DNA from: a bacterium
Lineage (GTDB): Bacteria > UBA4055
NCBI GenBank assembly: GCA_029559475.1
Contig: JAKQBN010000061.1
Span: 3,488 to 67,487 of the forward strand
Reading direction: 5' to 3'
DNA: 64,000 nt
This document shows, piece by piece, positions 54,790 to 64,000 of this stretch. Positions within the stretch are counted from its first letter, which is position 1; each line of letters opens with the position of its first letter. A program made the position numbers and the translations under genes. Under the pieces are notes generated by a model that saw only the letters and a program-made list of their open reading frames with translations, searched no databases and was not told the DNA's origin.

Positions 54790-55017
54790 ATGATAAAAAA
54801 ATTGGTTAAACACGGAAATAGTTCTGCACTAATTATTGACAAACCTATTATCGAGATGCTGCATATTGACGAAAATACGAATCTTGAATTGTCAACAGAC
54901 GGAGTCAATATAATTATTTCCCCGGTTAGCGGAATAAACAGAACGAATTTGCTGAAAAATTCCCTCCAGAAGATAAATGAAAAACATATCAATACACTTA
55001 AGAAACTTGCAAAATGA
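54790..55017 (+). CDS. AbrB/MazE-fold antitoxin (partner of Doc)
   Basis: MIKKLVKHGNSSALIIDKPIIEML is a swapped-hairpin AbrB/SpoVT-like fold. GGAG RBS. The stop overlaps the doc ATG (ATGA). The ORF-track start at 54772 is a TTG. Confidence 0.65.
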   Translation: MIKKLVKHGNSSALIIDKPIIEMLHIDENTNLELSTDGVNIIISPVSGINRTNLLKNSLQKINEKHINTLKKLAK

Positions 55018-55409
55018 CCGATCAAGATATACTTTTTCTGACCCTTGCCGAAATAATAGATATTCATCACAACCAGATAGAATTATACGGCGGGATCGAA
55101 GGTATCAGAGATATCTCTCTTTTAAGCTCAGCTATTTCTATACCGCAATCAACATTCGACGGATATTTCTTGCACGATGACCTTTTTGAAATGGCTTCAG
55201 CTTATATTTATCACCTATGTCAGAACCATCCTTTTGTTGACGGCAATAAAAGAGTTGCTCTGGTCGCCGGCCTTATATTTTTGGATTTCAACGGCATAAG
55301 ATTAGATGATCCTGATGAAAAACTTTATCCAATGATGATTAAAGTTGCATCTGGAAAAGGCGATAAAGAGTATATTAGTAGCGTTTTAAGAAAGCTGTAT
55401 AATAGTTAA
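55014..55409 (+). CDS. doc: Doc (death-on-curing) Fic-family toxin
   Basis: The Fic/Doc motif HPFVDGNKR is present. Confidence 0.85.
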   Translation: MTDQDILFLTLAEIIDIHHNQIELYGGIEGIRDISLLSSAISIPQSTFDGYFLHDDLFEMASAYIYHLCQNHPFVDGNKRVALVAGLIFLDFNGIRLDDPDEKLYPMMIKVASGKGDKEYISSVLRKLYNS

Positions 55410-55411
55410 CA

Positions 55412-56233
55412 CTATCTGCTTCTCTGCCTCAAGGCTTCGTAGAGAATAATTGTGGCTGCCTGATTGACATTTAAAGAATCGGCTACGCCTTTCATGGGAA
55501 TGCTGACTAAAATATCGGCATTCTTTTTCATGGATTCGGATAATCCGAATGCTTCCGATCCTACAACGATCGCTGTTTTCTTTGTAAAATCAGCATCTAA
55601 ATAAACCGTTTCGCCGTAAGGATCGGCTGAAACTATCTGAAATTTCTTCGATTTTAAATACGCTATCGTATCATCGGTCGATGCTTCGATGATCTTCTTT
55701 GAGAATATCGTTCCGGTCGATGCTCTGATGACATTCGGATTTCTGTAATCGGTGATCTTGTCAGCCAGAATTATCGTATCAATCCCAGCCCCGTCCGCCG
55801 TTCTGATGAGCGCGCCTAAGTTGCCGGGTTTCTCGACCGATTCGGCTATTAAAATGAATGAACATTCAGGATCAATGTCCTGTAAGTTCAAAGCCTGAAA
55901 TTCGGCTTTTATGATAATTCCGAAAGGCTGGCTTTTATAAGCTATTTTCTCAAAAACAGCCTTGGTAAGATAAAAGATATTATCCGTTAATTTCGCGATC
56001 TCGTTTAAAATATCCTTTTCGTACCTTCCGAAAATCTCTTCGCAGATAAAAACATCTCTGAATTTTATCCCTGCGTCGATCGCCCTTACTATCTCTCTTT
56101 CGTCCTCGATAAGAATGTCACAGGCTGAAACTTTACCGTTCTTATCCCTGAATCTGACAAGCTCTTTTATCTTCGGATTCTGAAGGCTACTTATCATTTC
56201 TTTCATTTTACATGCCTCTTGCTTTCGTTCCAT
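55412..56233 (-). CDS. TrmH/SpoU-family RNA 2'-O-methyltransferase (RlmB-like)
   Basis: C-terminal SPOUT motifs (LIAESVEKPGNLGALIRTADGAG, GSEAFGLS). Confidence 0.75.
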   Translation of the reverse strand: MERKQEACKMKEMISSLQNPKIKELVRFRDKNGKVSACDILIEDEREIVRAIDAGIKFRDVFICEEIFGRYEKDILNEIAKLTDNIFYLTKAVFEKIAYKSQPFGIIIKAEFQALNLQDIDPECSFILIAESVEKPGNLGALIRTADGAGIDTIILADKITDYRNPNVIRASTGTIFSKKIIEASTDDTIAYLKSKKFQIVSADPYGETVYLDADFTKKTAIVVGSEAFGLSESMKKNADILVSIPMKGVADSLNVNQAATIILYEALRQRSR

Positions 56234-56973
56234 ATCGCGTCAAGCTCTTCAAGAGATCTGTCCTGTAATTTTCCGCCTGATCTTTCGACTTTTTCTTCAA
56301 TATAATTAAATCTGCCTATGAATTTATTGTTCGCCTTCTGAAGTGCATCCTCCGGATTGACGTTCAGTTTTTTCGCAAGATTGACCATTACGAAAAGAAT
56401 ATCTCCGAGTTCTTCCTCGATATTCTCCGGATCGTTCTTCTTTATACCCTCTTCAAGCTCTGTGATCTCTTCTTTTACTTTTTCTAAGATGTCAACCGAG
56501 TTCTGCCACTCGAAACCTACCGCTCCCGCCTTCTGCTGAAGCCTTAATGACCTTAAAAGCGCGTTGAACGATCTGGGAACTCCGTCAAGTATCCTTTTCT
56601 TGCCTTCCTTTTCCTTCTTTATTATCTCCCAGTTGTTCTTTACCTGATCGGGAGTTAAAGTTTTCTTTTCACCGAAGATGTGTGGATGACGCAGTTCAAG
56701 TTTATCAGAAATGCTTTTCGCCACATCTTCGATATCGAATTCGCCTTTTTCTGAAGCTATCTGCGACTGAAATATTATCTGAAGAAGAAGATCGCCAAGT
56801 TCTTTTTTAAGTTCGGACTTATCTTTATCCTCAATAGCCTCAATGACTTCATAAGCCTCTTCAAGAATGTATTTTCTTAAACTTTCATGGGTTTGTTCGA
56901 GATCCCACGGACAGCCTTCTTTTTTATCCCTCAGCTTTTTCATAATATTTACAAGTCGCTGCATCTGTTCCAT
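56203..56973 (-). CDS. mazG: Nucleoside triphosphate pyrophosphohydrolase MazG
   Basis: CPWDLEQTHESLRKYILEEAYEVIEAI plus a second EExxE repeat. Confidence 0.85.
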   Translation of the reverse strand: MEQMQRLVNIMKKLRDKKEGCPWDLEQTHESLRKYILEEAYEVIEAIEDKDKSELKKELGDLLLQIIFQSQIASEKGEFDIEDVAKSISDKLELRHPHIFGEKKTLTPDQVKNNWEIIKKEKEGKKRILDGVPRSFNALLRSLRLQQKAGAVGFEWQNSVDILEKVKEEITELEEGIKKNDPENIEEELGDILFVMVNLAKKLNVNPEDALQKANNKFIGRFNYIEEKVERSGGKLQDRSLEELDAIWNESKRHVK

Positions 56974-57094
56974 ATCAACTCCGTTTAAAAGTTCAAATAT
57001 ACGAAATTGTTAAACAATTATCATTCAAATTCGTATAATATTTGACACTAAAGGTAAAAAAGTGTATTTTACATTTGAAATAAACGGGGAAACT

Positions 57095-57736
57095 ATGAAA
57101 AAACTGATTTCGTTCCTTATGATCTTTTCGATCCTGTCCGCATCTTACGCTATCTCCGGACAGAAAATAATATCGAATATAAAGGACAATTATAAAAAGA
57201 TGAAAACCTTCGAGAGCGACTTTACACAGATACAGATGTGGGAGCTTGCATCGGAGGAAAGCAGGATCACCGGTAAAATTTATATGAATTCGGATGATTC
57301 GTTCAGGGTCGAGATGCCTGAAGGAGATTACATAATTAGCAACGGAAAAACGGTATGGAGATATTCGACCGAGAACTCGCAGGTTCTTATCGAAGATGTC
57401 AAGAATAACGAGGAATCAATGATACCGGGAAAGCTTTTTTTTGATTTTACCGACAGATACAACCTCAAGGATTATTCCGAAAAGAAAGAGGACGGCAAAG
57501 TAATTTATATGCTCGATCTCGAAGCGCCTAAGGGCAAGGACAGATTCATTTACAGGCTTAAAGTAAAAGTGAACTCTGATTTTCTGCCGGTGGAAATAGA
57601 AAGCTTCGATCTTGACGAGAACAAGAACGTTTACATTCTTGAAAACATTAAGATCAATACAGAGATCGCTAAAGACAAATTCACATACGTAAAAAAAGAT
57701 GGAACTGAAGTGATAGATCTGAGAAAGAAAAAATGA
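57095..57736 (+). CDS. LolA-like outer-membrane lipoprotein carrier family protein
   Basis: Signal peptide MKKLISFLMIFSILSASYA. FESDFTQ and the half-barrel-type length. The start is ATG 57095 rather than 57062. Confidence 0.5.
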   Translation: MKKLISFLMIFSILSASYAISGQKIISNIKDNYKKMKTFESDFTQIQMWELASEESRITGKIYMNSDDSFRVEMPEGDYIISNGKTVWRYSTENSQVLIEDVKNNEESMIPGKLFFDFTDRYNLKDYSEKKEDGKVIYMLDLEAPKGKDRFIYRLKVKVNSDFLPVEIESFDLDENKNVYILENIKINTEIAKDKFTYVKKDGTEVIDLRKKK

Positions 57737-58575
57737 TAGTTCGTGCGAACTGCAAGCTCAACCTTCACCTGAAAGTAACAGGAAAACTGCCCGACGGATA
57801 TCACTCTCTGGAGACGATCTTCCAGGAGATACCCTTTTATGATGAGATCGATATAGTCTCGTCTGATAAAGACGTTATACAATTTACTTCTAAAGGAATA
57901 AACATACCCGGCAGCGGGAACAATATCTGCGTGAAAGCGGCGGAACTACTCAAAAATAATTTCAATATAAATAAAGGATGCAGGATCACTCTTAAAAAGA
58001 ACGTTCCCATAGGAGCGGGCCTCGGAGGAGGTTCATCTGATGCCGCGGCTGTCCTTAAAGCACTTAATGTTCTCTGGGGCTTAAACCTTACTGATGAAGA
58101 ACTTGAAAAACTTGGCCTGAAACTAGGCGCTGATGTACCTTTTTTCATAAAAGGCGGATGCGCATGGGCGGAAGGAAAAGGTGAACTTTTAAAACGCATT
58201 GAACCGCTTCTTAAAAACGGGTCTATTTTACTTATATATCCTCACATACACATCAGTACGCCGGATGCATATAAAAAACTGAATTTAAACTTGACAAATT
58301 TATCGGGCAATGTTATATTTGCCGAAGTCTCAAAACCGGGTGTGTCCCTGAACGTCATTCGTGCGGGATTCATTAACGATTTTGAGAGTGTGGTGTTCAG
58401 AGAATACCCTGAAATAGGTCATATTAAGGAATTATTGCTAAGCGAAGGAGCGGCACTTGCCGCGATGTCGGGCAGCGGATCGTCGGTTTTCGGATTTTTT
58501 ACGGATGAAAAACGGCTGATCAGAGCTTCCGGGCTGATGGATAAGAACTACTTCGTTCATGCTGTAAAACTATAG
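57733..58575 (+). CDS. ispE: 4-(cytidine 5'-diphospho)-2-C-methyl-D-erythritol kinase
   Basis: GHMP kinase motif PIGAGLGGGSSDAAA. N-terminus MIVRANCKLNLHLKVTGK. Confidence 0.9.
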   Translation: MIVRANCKLNLHLKVTGKLPDGYHSLETIFQEIPFYDEIDIVSSDKDVIQFTSKGINIPGSGNNICVKAAELLKNNFNINKGCRITLKKNVPIGAGLGGGSSDAAAVLKALNVLWGLNLTDEELEKLGLKLGADVPFFIKGGCAWAEGKGELLKRIEPLLKNGSILLIYPHIHISTPDAYKKLNLNLTNLSGNVIFAEVSKPGVSLNVIRAGFINDFESVVFREYPEIGHIKELLLSEGAALAAMSGSGSSVFGFFTDEKRLIRASGLMDKNYFVHAVKL

Positions 58576-58586
58576 CGGAGGACACA

Positions 58587-58886
58587 TTGGAGATTACCGA
58601 AATCAGAGTAAATCTAAGGGACGAAGAGAAGCTCAAGGCATTTGTTCACGTAACTTTCGACAATGCTTTTATTATCAGAGGGCTGAAGATAATCCAGGGA
58701 AAGGACGGCCTTTTCGTATGTATGCCCAGCCGCAAGCTTCCGGATGGTACCTATAAGGACATCGCTCATCCGATAGTGGATGATTTTAGGATAAAGCTTG
58801 AAAAAGAGATCCTTGATAAGTACGCCGAAGAGCTTTCGAACAAAGTTGAGGGCAAAAGCTCCGGCAGTTCCGATCAGGACGAATAA
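58587..58886 (+). CDS. spoVG: Septation protein SpoVG
   Basis: MEITEIRVNLRDEEKLKAFVHVTFDNAFIIRGLKIIQGKDGLFVCMPSRK. Confidence 0.9.
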   Translation: MEITEIRVNLRDEEKLKAFVHVTFDNAFIIRGLKIIQGKDGLFVCMPSRKLPDGTYKDIAHPIVDDFRIKLEKEILDKYAEELSNKVEGKSSGSSDQDE

Positions 58887-58895
58887 TTTCATTGC

Positions 58896-58968
58896 TGGGG
58901 TATCGCCAAGTGGCTAAGGCTCCGGGTTCTGGTTCCGGCATTCGGGGGTTCGAATCCCTCTACCCCTG
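58896..58968 (+). tRNA. tRNA-Gln (anticodon CUG)
   Basis: TGGGGTATCGCCAAGTGGCTAAGGCTCCGGGTTCTGGTTCCGGCATTCGGGGGTTCGAATCCCTCTACCCCTG. Near-identical scaffold to E. coli tRNA-Gln. Anticodon loop UUCUGGU. Position 1 is U opposite U72. Confidence 0.8.
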
Positions 58969-59004
58969 CTCTTTAAAATATAAACCTTGATGATAAGCAT
59001 GTAG

Positions 59005-59077
59005 AGGGGTATCGCCAAGTGGAAAGGCACCGGGTTTTGGTCCCGGCACTCCGGAGGTTCGAATCCTTCTACCCCTG
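59005..59077 (+). tRNA. tRNA-Gln (anticodon UUG)
   Basis: AGGGGTATCGCCAAGTGGAAAGGCACCGGGTTTTGGTCCCGGCACTCCGGAGGTTCGAATCCTTCTACCCCTG. Anticodon loop UUUUGGU. Confidence 0.8.
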
Positions 59078-59112
59078 CAAATTTAACAAACCAAGAAAAG
59101 AGGCAGCTTAAG

Positions 59113-59817
59113 ATGTCAGAAAAATTAGTAGCGCAATTAAAGAGCGTAGACAGCAAAAGGGTGATCAAAGCAAAAAGAAAAACAGGCCTGATACCCGTTA
59201 ATCTCTACGGTCCCGGAATAGAGAACAGCCATTCATATTATGTGAATGAGATCGATCTCAACCGCGCGATAAAATCCGGAAAGAAAATTCACGAGATCAC
59301 ATCCGAGATCGGCGATTTTAAAGTCGTTTTAAAAGAGGTTCAGAGACACCCCGTATCATGGAAACTTGTCCACGTCGATATGCTGTCTTTAGCACCCGGT
59401 AAAAAAGTCACCGTAAAGATACCTTTAAGGTTCGAAGGTATTCCTTTCGGCGTAAAGAACATGGGCGGCGTTCTGATCGAGAACTCAAGGGAGATAGAAG
59501 TTGAAGCTATGGCTGAATTCATTCCCAACGAGATCAAGATCGACGTTTCACCTCTCAAGCTGAAAGACACTATTCACGCCAGAGATATCAAAATGGATAA
59601 TATCAGGATCGCTTCTCCTGCCGATATGCTTCTCGCAAGAGTCGGAATTACCAGGGCTGCAGTTTCTGACGCCGGCGGATCCGCAGGCGCTGAGCTTGCC
59701 GCTCACGTTGAAGGCGCTCCGGCCGCTGCTGCAAAACCGGGTGAAAAAGCCGCCGCTCCTGCTGGTGCCGCAAAACCCGCAGAAAAAGCTGATGCAAAGC
59801 ATCCTGAAAAAAAGTAG
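59113..59817 (+). CDS. rplY: 50S ribosomal protein L25 / general stress protein Ctc (long form with Ala/Pro/Lys-rich C-terminal tail)
   Basis: L25 N-terminal domain (KAKRKTGLIPVNLYGPG). spoVG-tRNA-rplY-pth synteny. C-terminal low-complexity AAAKPGEKAAAPAGAAKPAEKA. Confidence 0.85.
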   Translation: MSEKLVAQLKSVDSKRVIKAKRKTGLIPVNLYGPGIENSHSYYVNEIDLNRAIKSGKKIHEITSEIGDFKVVLKEVQRHPVSWKLVHVDMLSLAPGKKVTVKIPLRFEGIPFGVKNMGGVLIENSREIEVEAMAEFIPNEIKIDVSPLKLKDTIHARDIKMDNIRIASPADMLLARVGITRAAVSDAGGSAGAELAAHVEGAPAAAAKPGEKAAAPAGAAKPAEKADAKHPEKK

Positions 59818-59855
59818 CTGAATTCAAACATCATTGAAATAAAATAGAAGAAACC

Positions 59856-60482
59856 GTGCAGATAATAATCGGTCTGGGAAATCCGGGAAACAGGTACGCA
59901 GATACCTGGCATAACCTCGGATTTATATCGGTCGACCGTTTTGCAGAGAAGCATGGTCTGTTGTTTAAAGCCGGAAAAGGCAAGTTTTATGCCGCGTCCG
60001 GCTTTTTCAATTCTGAAAAGATCATTCTTGTAAAACCGACGACCTACATGAACCTCTCAGGTGAGGCGGTCTCGCAGATCATTAATTATTTTGAGGCGGA
60101 GACGGGAAGCATTCTGGTAGTCTATGACGATATCAATCTCCCGCTGGGAACTGTCAGGCTGAGAAAATCCGGTTCTGCGGGCGGTCATAACGGATTAAGA
60201 TCGATAATAGGAACGCTGGACACTCAGGATTTTGCGAGGCTCAGGATTGGATTCAGGACCGATCAGATAAATTCGATCCTTACCAACAATCCCGCTATCC
60301 TTCCTGATCTTGTTCTGGCGAAGATACCATCCGCACTTCATGCCGATGTTCTGGAAACGGTCGACAGAAGCGTGGAAGCGATAGAATCGGTTCTTGAGAA
60401 CGGCATCGACAGAACGATGAACAGGTTCAACGAGAAGAATTCTGAGCAGGAAAAACCGGACAGCGCGGAAAAAGCCGATTAA
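59856..60482 (+). CDS. pth: Peptidyl-tRNA hydrolase
   Basis: (M)QIIIGLGNPGNRYADTWHNLGF, HNGLRS. GTG start. Confidence 0.9.
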   Translation: MQIIIGLGNPGNRYADTWHNLGFISVDRFAEKHGLLFKAGKGKFYAASGFFNSEKIILVKPTTYMNLSGEAVSQIINYFEAETGSILVVYDDINLPLGTVRLRKSGSAGGHNGLRSIIGTLDTQDFARLRIGFRTDQINSILTNNPAILPDLVLAKIPSALHADVLETVDRSVEAIESVLENGIDRTMNRFNEKNSEQEKPDSAEKAD

Positions 60483-60581
60483 TTTGATTGACTTGAAATA
60501 AAAAAAGATTTATATTTGGCGCGTGAAAAATTCTTGCCGGAATGCAATATTTTCGGCCAAAGACCAAAAGAAGGAGGAAAA

Positions 60582-60956
60582 ATGAACAGGTACGAAACGA
60601 TGGTGATTATTGATCCGGCGCTCGATCAGGAAAAGATCGATTCCGTTATTTCCCGTTATACGGAAATGATAAAAACGGACGGAGAGATAATAACTGTTGA
60701 CCAGTGGGGTAAAAAAAGGCTTGCATACCCTATCAAAAAGAAGCCTACGGGTTACTATGTTCTTTACAAGTACACTGCCGGAAATAAAGTCCCGCAGAAC
60801 CTTGTGAACGACATGAACATCAATTCTTCGATCCTCCGCTACATGACCCTCGTAGTGGATAAAAAAGCCCTTAAGCAGGAACAGCTCGATATAGCCGGCG
60901 CTGGAAAGTTGCTGAAGGAAGCGGAAGAAAAAGAAAATGCAAAAGTTAACGAGTAA
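60582..60956 (+). CDS. rpsF: 30S ribosomal protein S6
   Basis: MNRYETMVIIDPALDQEKID... Strong SD AAGGAGGA before ATG 60582. The longer ORF-track start is not supported. Confidence 0.9.
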   Translation: MNRYETMVIIDPALDQEKIDSVISRYTEMIKTDGEIITVDQWGKKRLAYPIKKKPTGYYVLYKYTAGNKVPQNLVNDMNINSSILRYMTLVVDKKALKQEQLDIAGAGKLLKEAEEKENAKVNE

Positions 60957-60970
60957 CCTGAGGTGATGAA

Positions 60971-61198
60971 ATGATAAAAGAAAAGAAAAAAAGAATCTGC
61001 AGATTTTGCGAAGAGAACATAGTTTACATCGATTATAAAAACGATAAGCAGCTCGCAAAATTTACAACCGAACAGGGCAAGATAATTCCGAGAAGGACAT
61101 CGGGCGTATGCGCCAAGCATCAGAGAATGCTGACAAACGCCATCAAAAGAGCAAGAATAGTAGCCTTAATGCCGTTCGTCGACAACACAGCAAGATAA
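60971..61198 (+). CDS. rpsR: 30S ribosomal protein S18
   Basis: [53 protein letters not shown]. Confidence 0.9.
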   Translation: MIKEKKKRICRFCEENIVYIDYKNDKQLAKFTTEQGKIIPRRTSGVCAKHQRMLTNAIKRARIVALMPFVDNTAR

Positions 61199-61211
61199 AA
61201 AGGAGCCTAAA

Positions 61212-61658
61212 ATGTTTGTAATATTAAGACAGGATGTTGACAAGGTTGGTAAAGCCGGCGAGGTTATAAAGGTAAAAGACGGTTTCGGAAGAAACTTTCT
61301 CATACCCAGAAATTTTGCTTTCCCGGCGACCGACGCCCATATGAACAGATATAAAGAAAGCACAAAATCAAAAGGATATAAAGAAGCTCAGCTTAAGAAA
61401 TCAGATGTATATCTACAGAAAGCGCTTTCCGACAAAACGGTCGTTATAAAAATGAAAGTCGGCGAAGAAGACAAACTCTTCGGATCCGTAACTTCTCAGA
61501 ACATAGCAGACGAACTTAAAGCTATGGGCATAGAGATCGATAAAAGAAGAATTCAGCTCGAGGAGAACATCAAGCACCTCGGCGAATTCAAAGTACCGTA
61601 TAAAGCTCATTCCGAAACAGAGATCAGCATCAGCGTAAACGTTATAGCCGAAGCCTGA
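61212..61658 (+). CDS. rplI: 50S ribosomal protein L9
   Basis: MFVILRQDVDKVGKAGEVIKVKDGFGRNFLIP. Confidence 0.9.
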   Translation: MFVILRQDVDKVGKAGEVIKVKDGFGRNFLIPRNFAFPATDAHMNRYKESTKSKGYKEAQLKKSDVYLQKALSDKTVVIKMKVGEEDKLFGSVTSQNIADELKAMGIEIDKRRIQLEENIKHLGEFKVPYKAHSETEISISVNVIAEA

Positions 61659-61682
61659 TAGAAGTATCTTAACCGATATAAA

Positions 61683-61707
61683 AGCCGGACTGTTCCGGCT
61701 TTTTTTT
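61683..61707 (+). terminator. Rho-independent terminator after rplI
   Basis: AGCCGGA-CUGU-UCCGGCU followed by UUUUUUUU. Confidence 0.6.
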
Positions 61708-61780
61708 ATTTTTATAATTTTATTTGAAAAACACAAAGTAATTTATTACACTTCATTACTGTTAACCACCGGAGAAAGCT

Positions 61781-62974
61781 ATGTACAATATAAGCTTTGA
61801 AAGCGAGATCGAGGATGAAGAAAAAGCATCCATTCTGATCGTTGACGATGAAGAACTCATACTTCAGTCGCTTCAGATGATACTCGAAAGATATTTTAAT
61901 GTTATAAAACTTTCAGATCCGTTAAAAGTCTTCGATGTGCTGAAAAACAATACGATCGATATTCTGATAAGCGACGAGATGATGCCCGGAATGAGAGGCT
62001 GCGAACTTGCAGAAAAAGTCCATAACGAATATCCGAATATCTGCAAGATCATACTTAGCGGTAATTCAGACAAAAAGGATATAGTAACCGCAATAAATAA
62101 AGGCCATATCTATTCGTTCCTTTTTAAGCCGGTAGACGTAAATCAGCTTCTTCAGGCGGTAAAGCAGGGTCTCGATAATAAACGGATGAAAGAGATGATC
62201 GAGGAGCAGAATAAAAATCTGGAGGAAAAGAACAGAAAGCTGCTTGAAGAGGTTCTTAAGAAAAGCACAAAGATTATCGAGATGGAAAAATTCTACGAAC
62301 TGGGTAAATTTTCGGCATCGATCGTTCACGACCTTAACAGTCCTCTTCAGACACTGATCACGGGATATCAGCTGCTTGAGGACGAGATCCACAACAGCGG
62401 CAACAGCAATGATTCTTCCGAGAATATTCTTAAGCTGATCGACAGCAGCCTTACGACAATGGAGAACATGATAAAGAGCATCTCGAACAGGATAAACAAC
62501 AATCTGTCGGAAAAACCTGTGGATTTCGACCTTAACGAACTAATACGCAAAAACATCAATTATATGCAGCTGAAGTATAACAATATCAGCTCCGTCGATG
62601 TAACTTTCATTCCGGGCGAAGAAGTTCCTAAAATGAAAGGAATACCGCTTCACTTCGATCAGATCATAACCAACCTTTTTAAAAATTCATACGACGCGAT
62701 GGAGAATTCTAACCAGAAAAAGATAGTTGTAAAAACATTTGTGAAAGCTGATAATATCTGCCTTTATCTTCTTGATACCGGCTGCGGAATTAAAGCCGAA
62801 GAACTTGATATGATCTTTAACGTCGGATTTTCGACCAAAGAGCACGGCAAAGGTACGGGTCTGGGTCTTGTGATCACAAAGCAGATGGTGAATTCTTATA
62901 AAGGCAAGATCAAAGTCGAATCCAAGTTCGGCGAAGGCACAAGCTTTTTAATCTGCTTCCCGATGAAAAAATAA
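61781..62974 (+). CDS. Hybrid two-component protein: N-terminal receiver (REC) domain fused to histidine kinase (HisKA + HATPase)
   Basis: REC: ILIVDDEELIL...ILISDEMMPGMRG...FKP. H-box SIVHDLNSPL. N-box/G-boxes NLFKNSYDAM, DTGCGI, GKGTGLGL. Confidence 0.7.
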   Translation: MYNISFESEIEDEEKASILIVDDEELILQSLQMILERYFNVIKLSDPLKVFDVLKNNTIDILISDEMMPGMRGCELAEKVHNEYPNICKIILSGNSDKKDIVTAINKGHIYSFLFKPVDVNQLLQAVKQGLDNKRMKEMIEEQNKNLEEKNRKLLEEVLKKSTKIIEMEKFYELGKFSASIVHDLNSPLQTLITGYQLLEDEIHNSGNSNDSSENILKLIDSSLTTMENMIKSISNRINNNLSEKPVDFDLNELIRKNINYMQLKYNNISSVDVTFIPGEEVPKMKGIPLHFDQIITNLFKNSYDAMENSNQKKIVVKTFVKADNICLYLLDTGCGIKAEELDMIFNVGFSTKEHGKGTGLGLVITKQMVNSYKGKIKVESKFGEGTSFLICFPMKK

Positions 62975-62976
62975 AA

Positions 62977-64000
62977 ATGAAATACAACGACAGTCAGATA
63001 CAGGCAATTGAGCATTTCAAGGGCCCGTGCCTCGTTCTCGCAGGGGCGGGCAGTGGAAAAACCCGAGTCATCGTAGGCAGGATCGAAAGGCTGATAAACG
63101 ATCACAGGATCGATCCAAAGAATATCCTCGCAGTAACATTCACAAATAAAGCAGCTCAAGAAATGCGCGAAAGGCTTGCGGCATCTGTAAAAGGGCATGA
63201 ACTTATGACATGCTCTACTTTTCACGCGCTCGGTGTAAGGCTTATAAAGGAGAATCTTGAGAATCTGGGATATTCGAAAGGATTTTCGATCTACGGATCG
63301 GCGGAACAGCACGCGGCCATAAAGAAAGCGATGCATAACCTGAACATTTCAGACGAGATGTTCGATCCTAAGCTGATCAGTTATAAAATATCCTATTTTA
63401 AAAACAGGTTCATCAGCCTTGACAACGTTACGGCTATCGATCCGATAACAAGCGTCTCGAAGCGCATTATACCCGAGTACGACAGGATATTAAAAGCGAA
63501 CAATGCTCTTGACTTTGACGACCTGCTGTTAAAGATGCTCGAACTTTTCAAAGACAAATCTCTGCTTGAAAAATATCAGAACAGGTACAGATTCATCCTG
63601 ATAGACGAATTTCAGGACACCAATCCCGTTCAGAACAGAATAGTCTTAAAACTCGGTGAAAAGTACGGTAATGTGTTCGTAGTAGGCGATGACGATCAGT
63701 CAATTTACGGATTCAGAGGAGCGGATTTCAGAAACATACTCGACTTTGAGAAGCACTGGGACGACTGCAGGATTATTATACTCAACGTAAATTACCGCTC
63801 GACACCGACAATACTCAAAGCCGCATCGGCCGTGATCAACAATAACCTGGAAAGAAAAAATAAGCAGGTCGAGACACATTTTAAAGAACATCTCCCCATT
63901 GAATATTTTTCCGCGCTTAATGAAAAGCACGAAGCTGATCTTATCTGTGAAAAGATCAAAGAACTGGGGAAAAGATATTCCGATCACGCGGTTCTATTAC
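62977..64000 (+). CDS. UvrD/PcrA-family ATP-dependent DNA helicase (5' part; continues beyond window)
   Basis: LNDSQIQAIEHFKGPCLVLAGAGSGKTRVIVGRIERL (Walker A), TFTNKAAQEMRERL, DFDDLL, LIDEFQDTN. Confidence 0.85.
   Translation, partial: MKYNDSQIQAIEHFKGPCLVLAGAGSGKTRVIVGRIERLINDHRIDPKNILAVTFTNKAAQEMRERLAASVKGHELMTCSTFHALGVRLIKENLENLGYSKGFSIYGSAEQHAAIKKAMHNLNISDEMFDPKLISYKISYFKNRFISLDNVTAIDPITSVSKRIIPEYDRILKANNALDFDDLLLKMLELFKDKSLLEKYQNRYRFILIDEFQDTNPVQNRIVLKLGEKYGNVFVVGDDDQSIYGFRGADFRNILDFEKHWDDCRIIILNVNYRSTPTILKAASAVINNNLERKNKQVETHFKEHLPIEYFSALNEKHEADLICEKIKELGKRYSDHAVLL

Noticed and set aside
58914-59168. 84-aa minus-strand ORF
   Set aside because: Overlaps both tRNA-Gln genes and the rplY start; it is the translation of the tRNA antisense strand.
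60510-61120. Minus-strand ORFs (182 aa and 93 aa) across rpsF-rpsR
   Set aside because: Antisense to ribosomal protein genes. Hydrophobic or low-complexity translations.
1-64000. CRISPR arrays, integrases or recombinases, rRNA genes
   Set aside because: No direct-repeat/spacer periodicity was seen. No tyrosine/serine recombinase or cas-like ORFs. No rRNA-like conserved stretches.

Overview
This is a 64 kb chromosomal window from an AT-rich (roughly 40% GC) anaerobic bacterium that uses the standard genetic code. I infer an FCB-group organism outside Bacteroidia proper. Four secreted peptidases (families C25, M6, C1, C10) carry a Por/T9SS C-terminal sorting domain (..YPNPFNP..), but genes also have strong Shine-Dalgarno sites and E. 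coli-like -35/-10 promoters. Core gene blocks: acpP-fabF-rnc; thrS-infC-rpmI-rplT; ileS-dksA/traR-lspA; purL; arcC plus korDABC; ndk; a decarboxylase beta subunit next to tRNA-Leu; ftsK; deoC; trmH-mazG; lolA-like-ispE-spoVG with two tRNA-Gln, then rplY(ctc)-pth; rpsF-rpsR-rplI; a hybrid histidine kinase; and a uvrD/pcrA 5' end. Non-core content: (1) an IS1182-family element inserted in the shared rnc/rplT terminator hairpin; (2) a small HesB/IscA-like gene with an in-frame TGA at the conserved Cys position and a hairpin just downstream, a selenoprotein candidate; (3) an ~11.7 kb single-strand accessory island (29934-41650) between ndk and the decarboxylase gene. The island has a WYL-domain regulator with a translationally coupled upstream ORF, an MmeI-like Type IIL restriction-modification protein, a divergent UDG-superfamily protein paired with a Walker-A-dead DnaB-C-like protein, a degenerate sigma54-activator-like AAA+ protein, duplicated small-gene cassettes and many unrecognised ORFs; (4) a Doc/AbrB toxin-antitoxin pair. 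All hand-derived coordinates (tRNAs, hairpins, promoters, alternative starts) were anchored to the ORF track but may be off by 1-2 nt.
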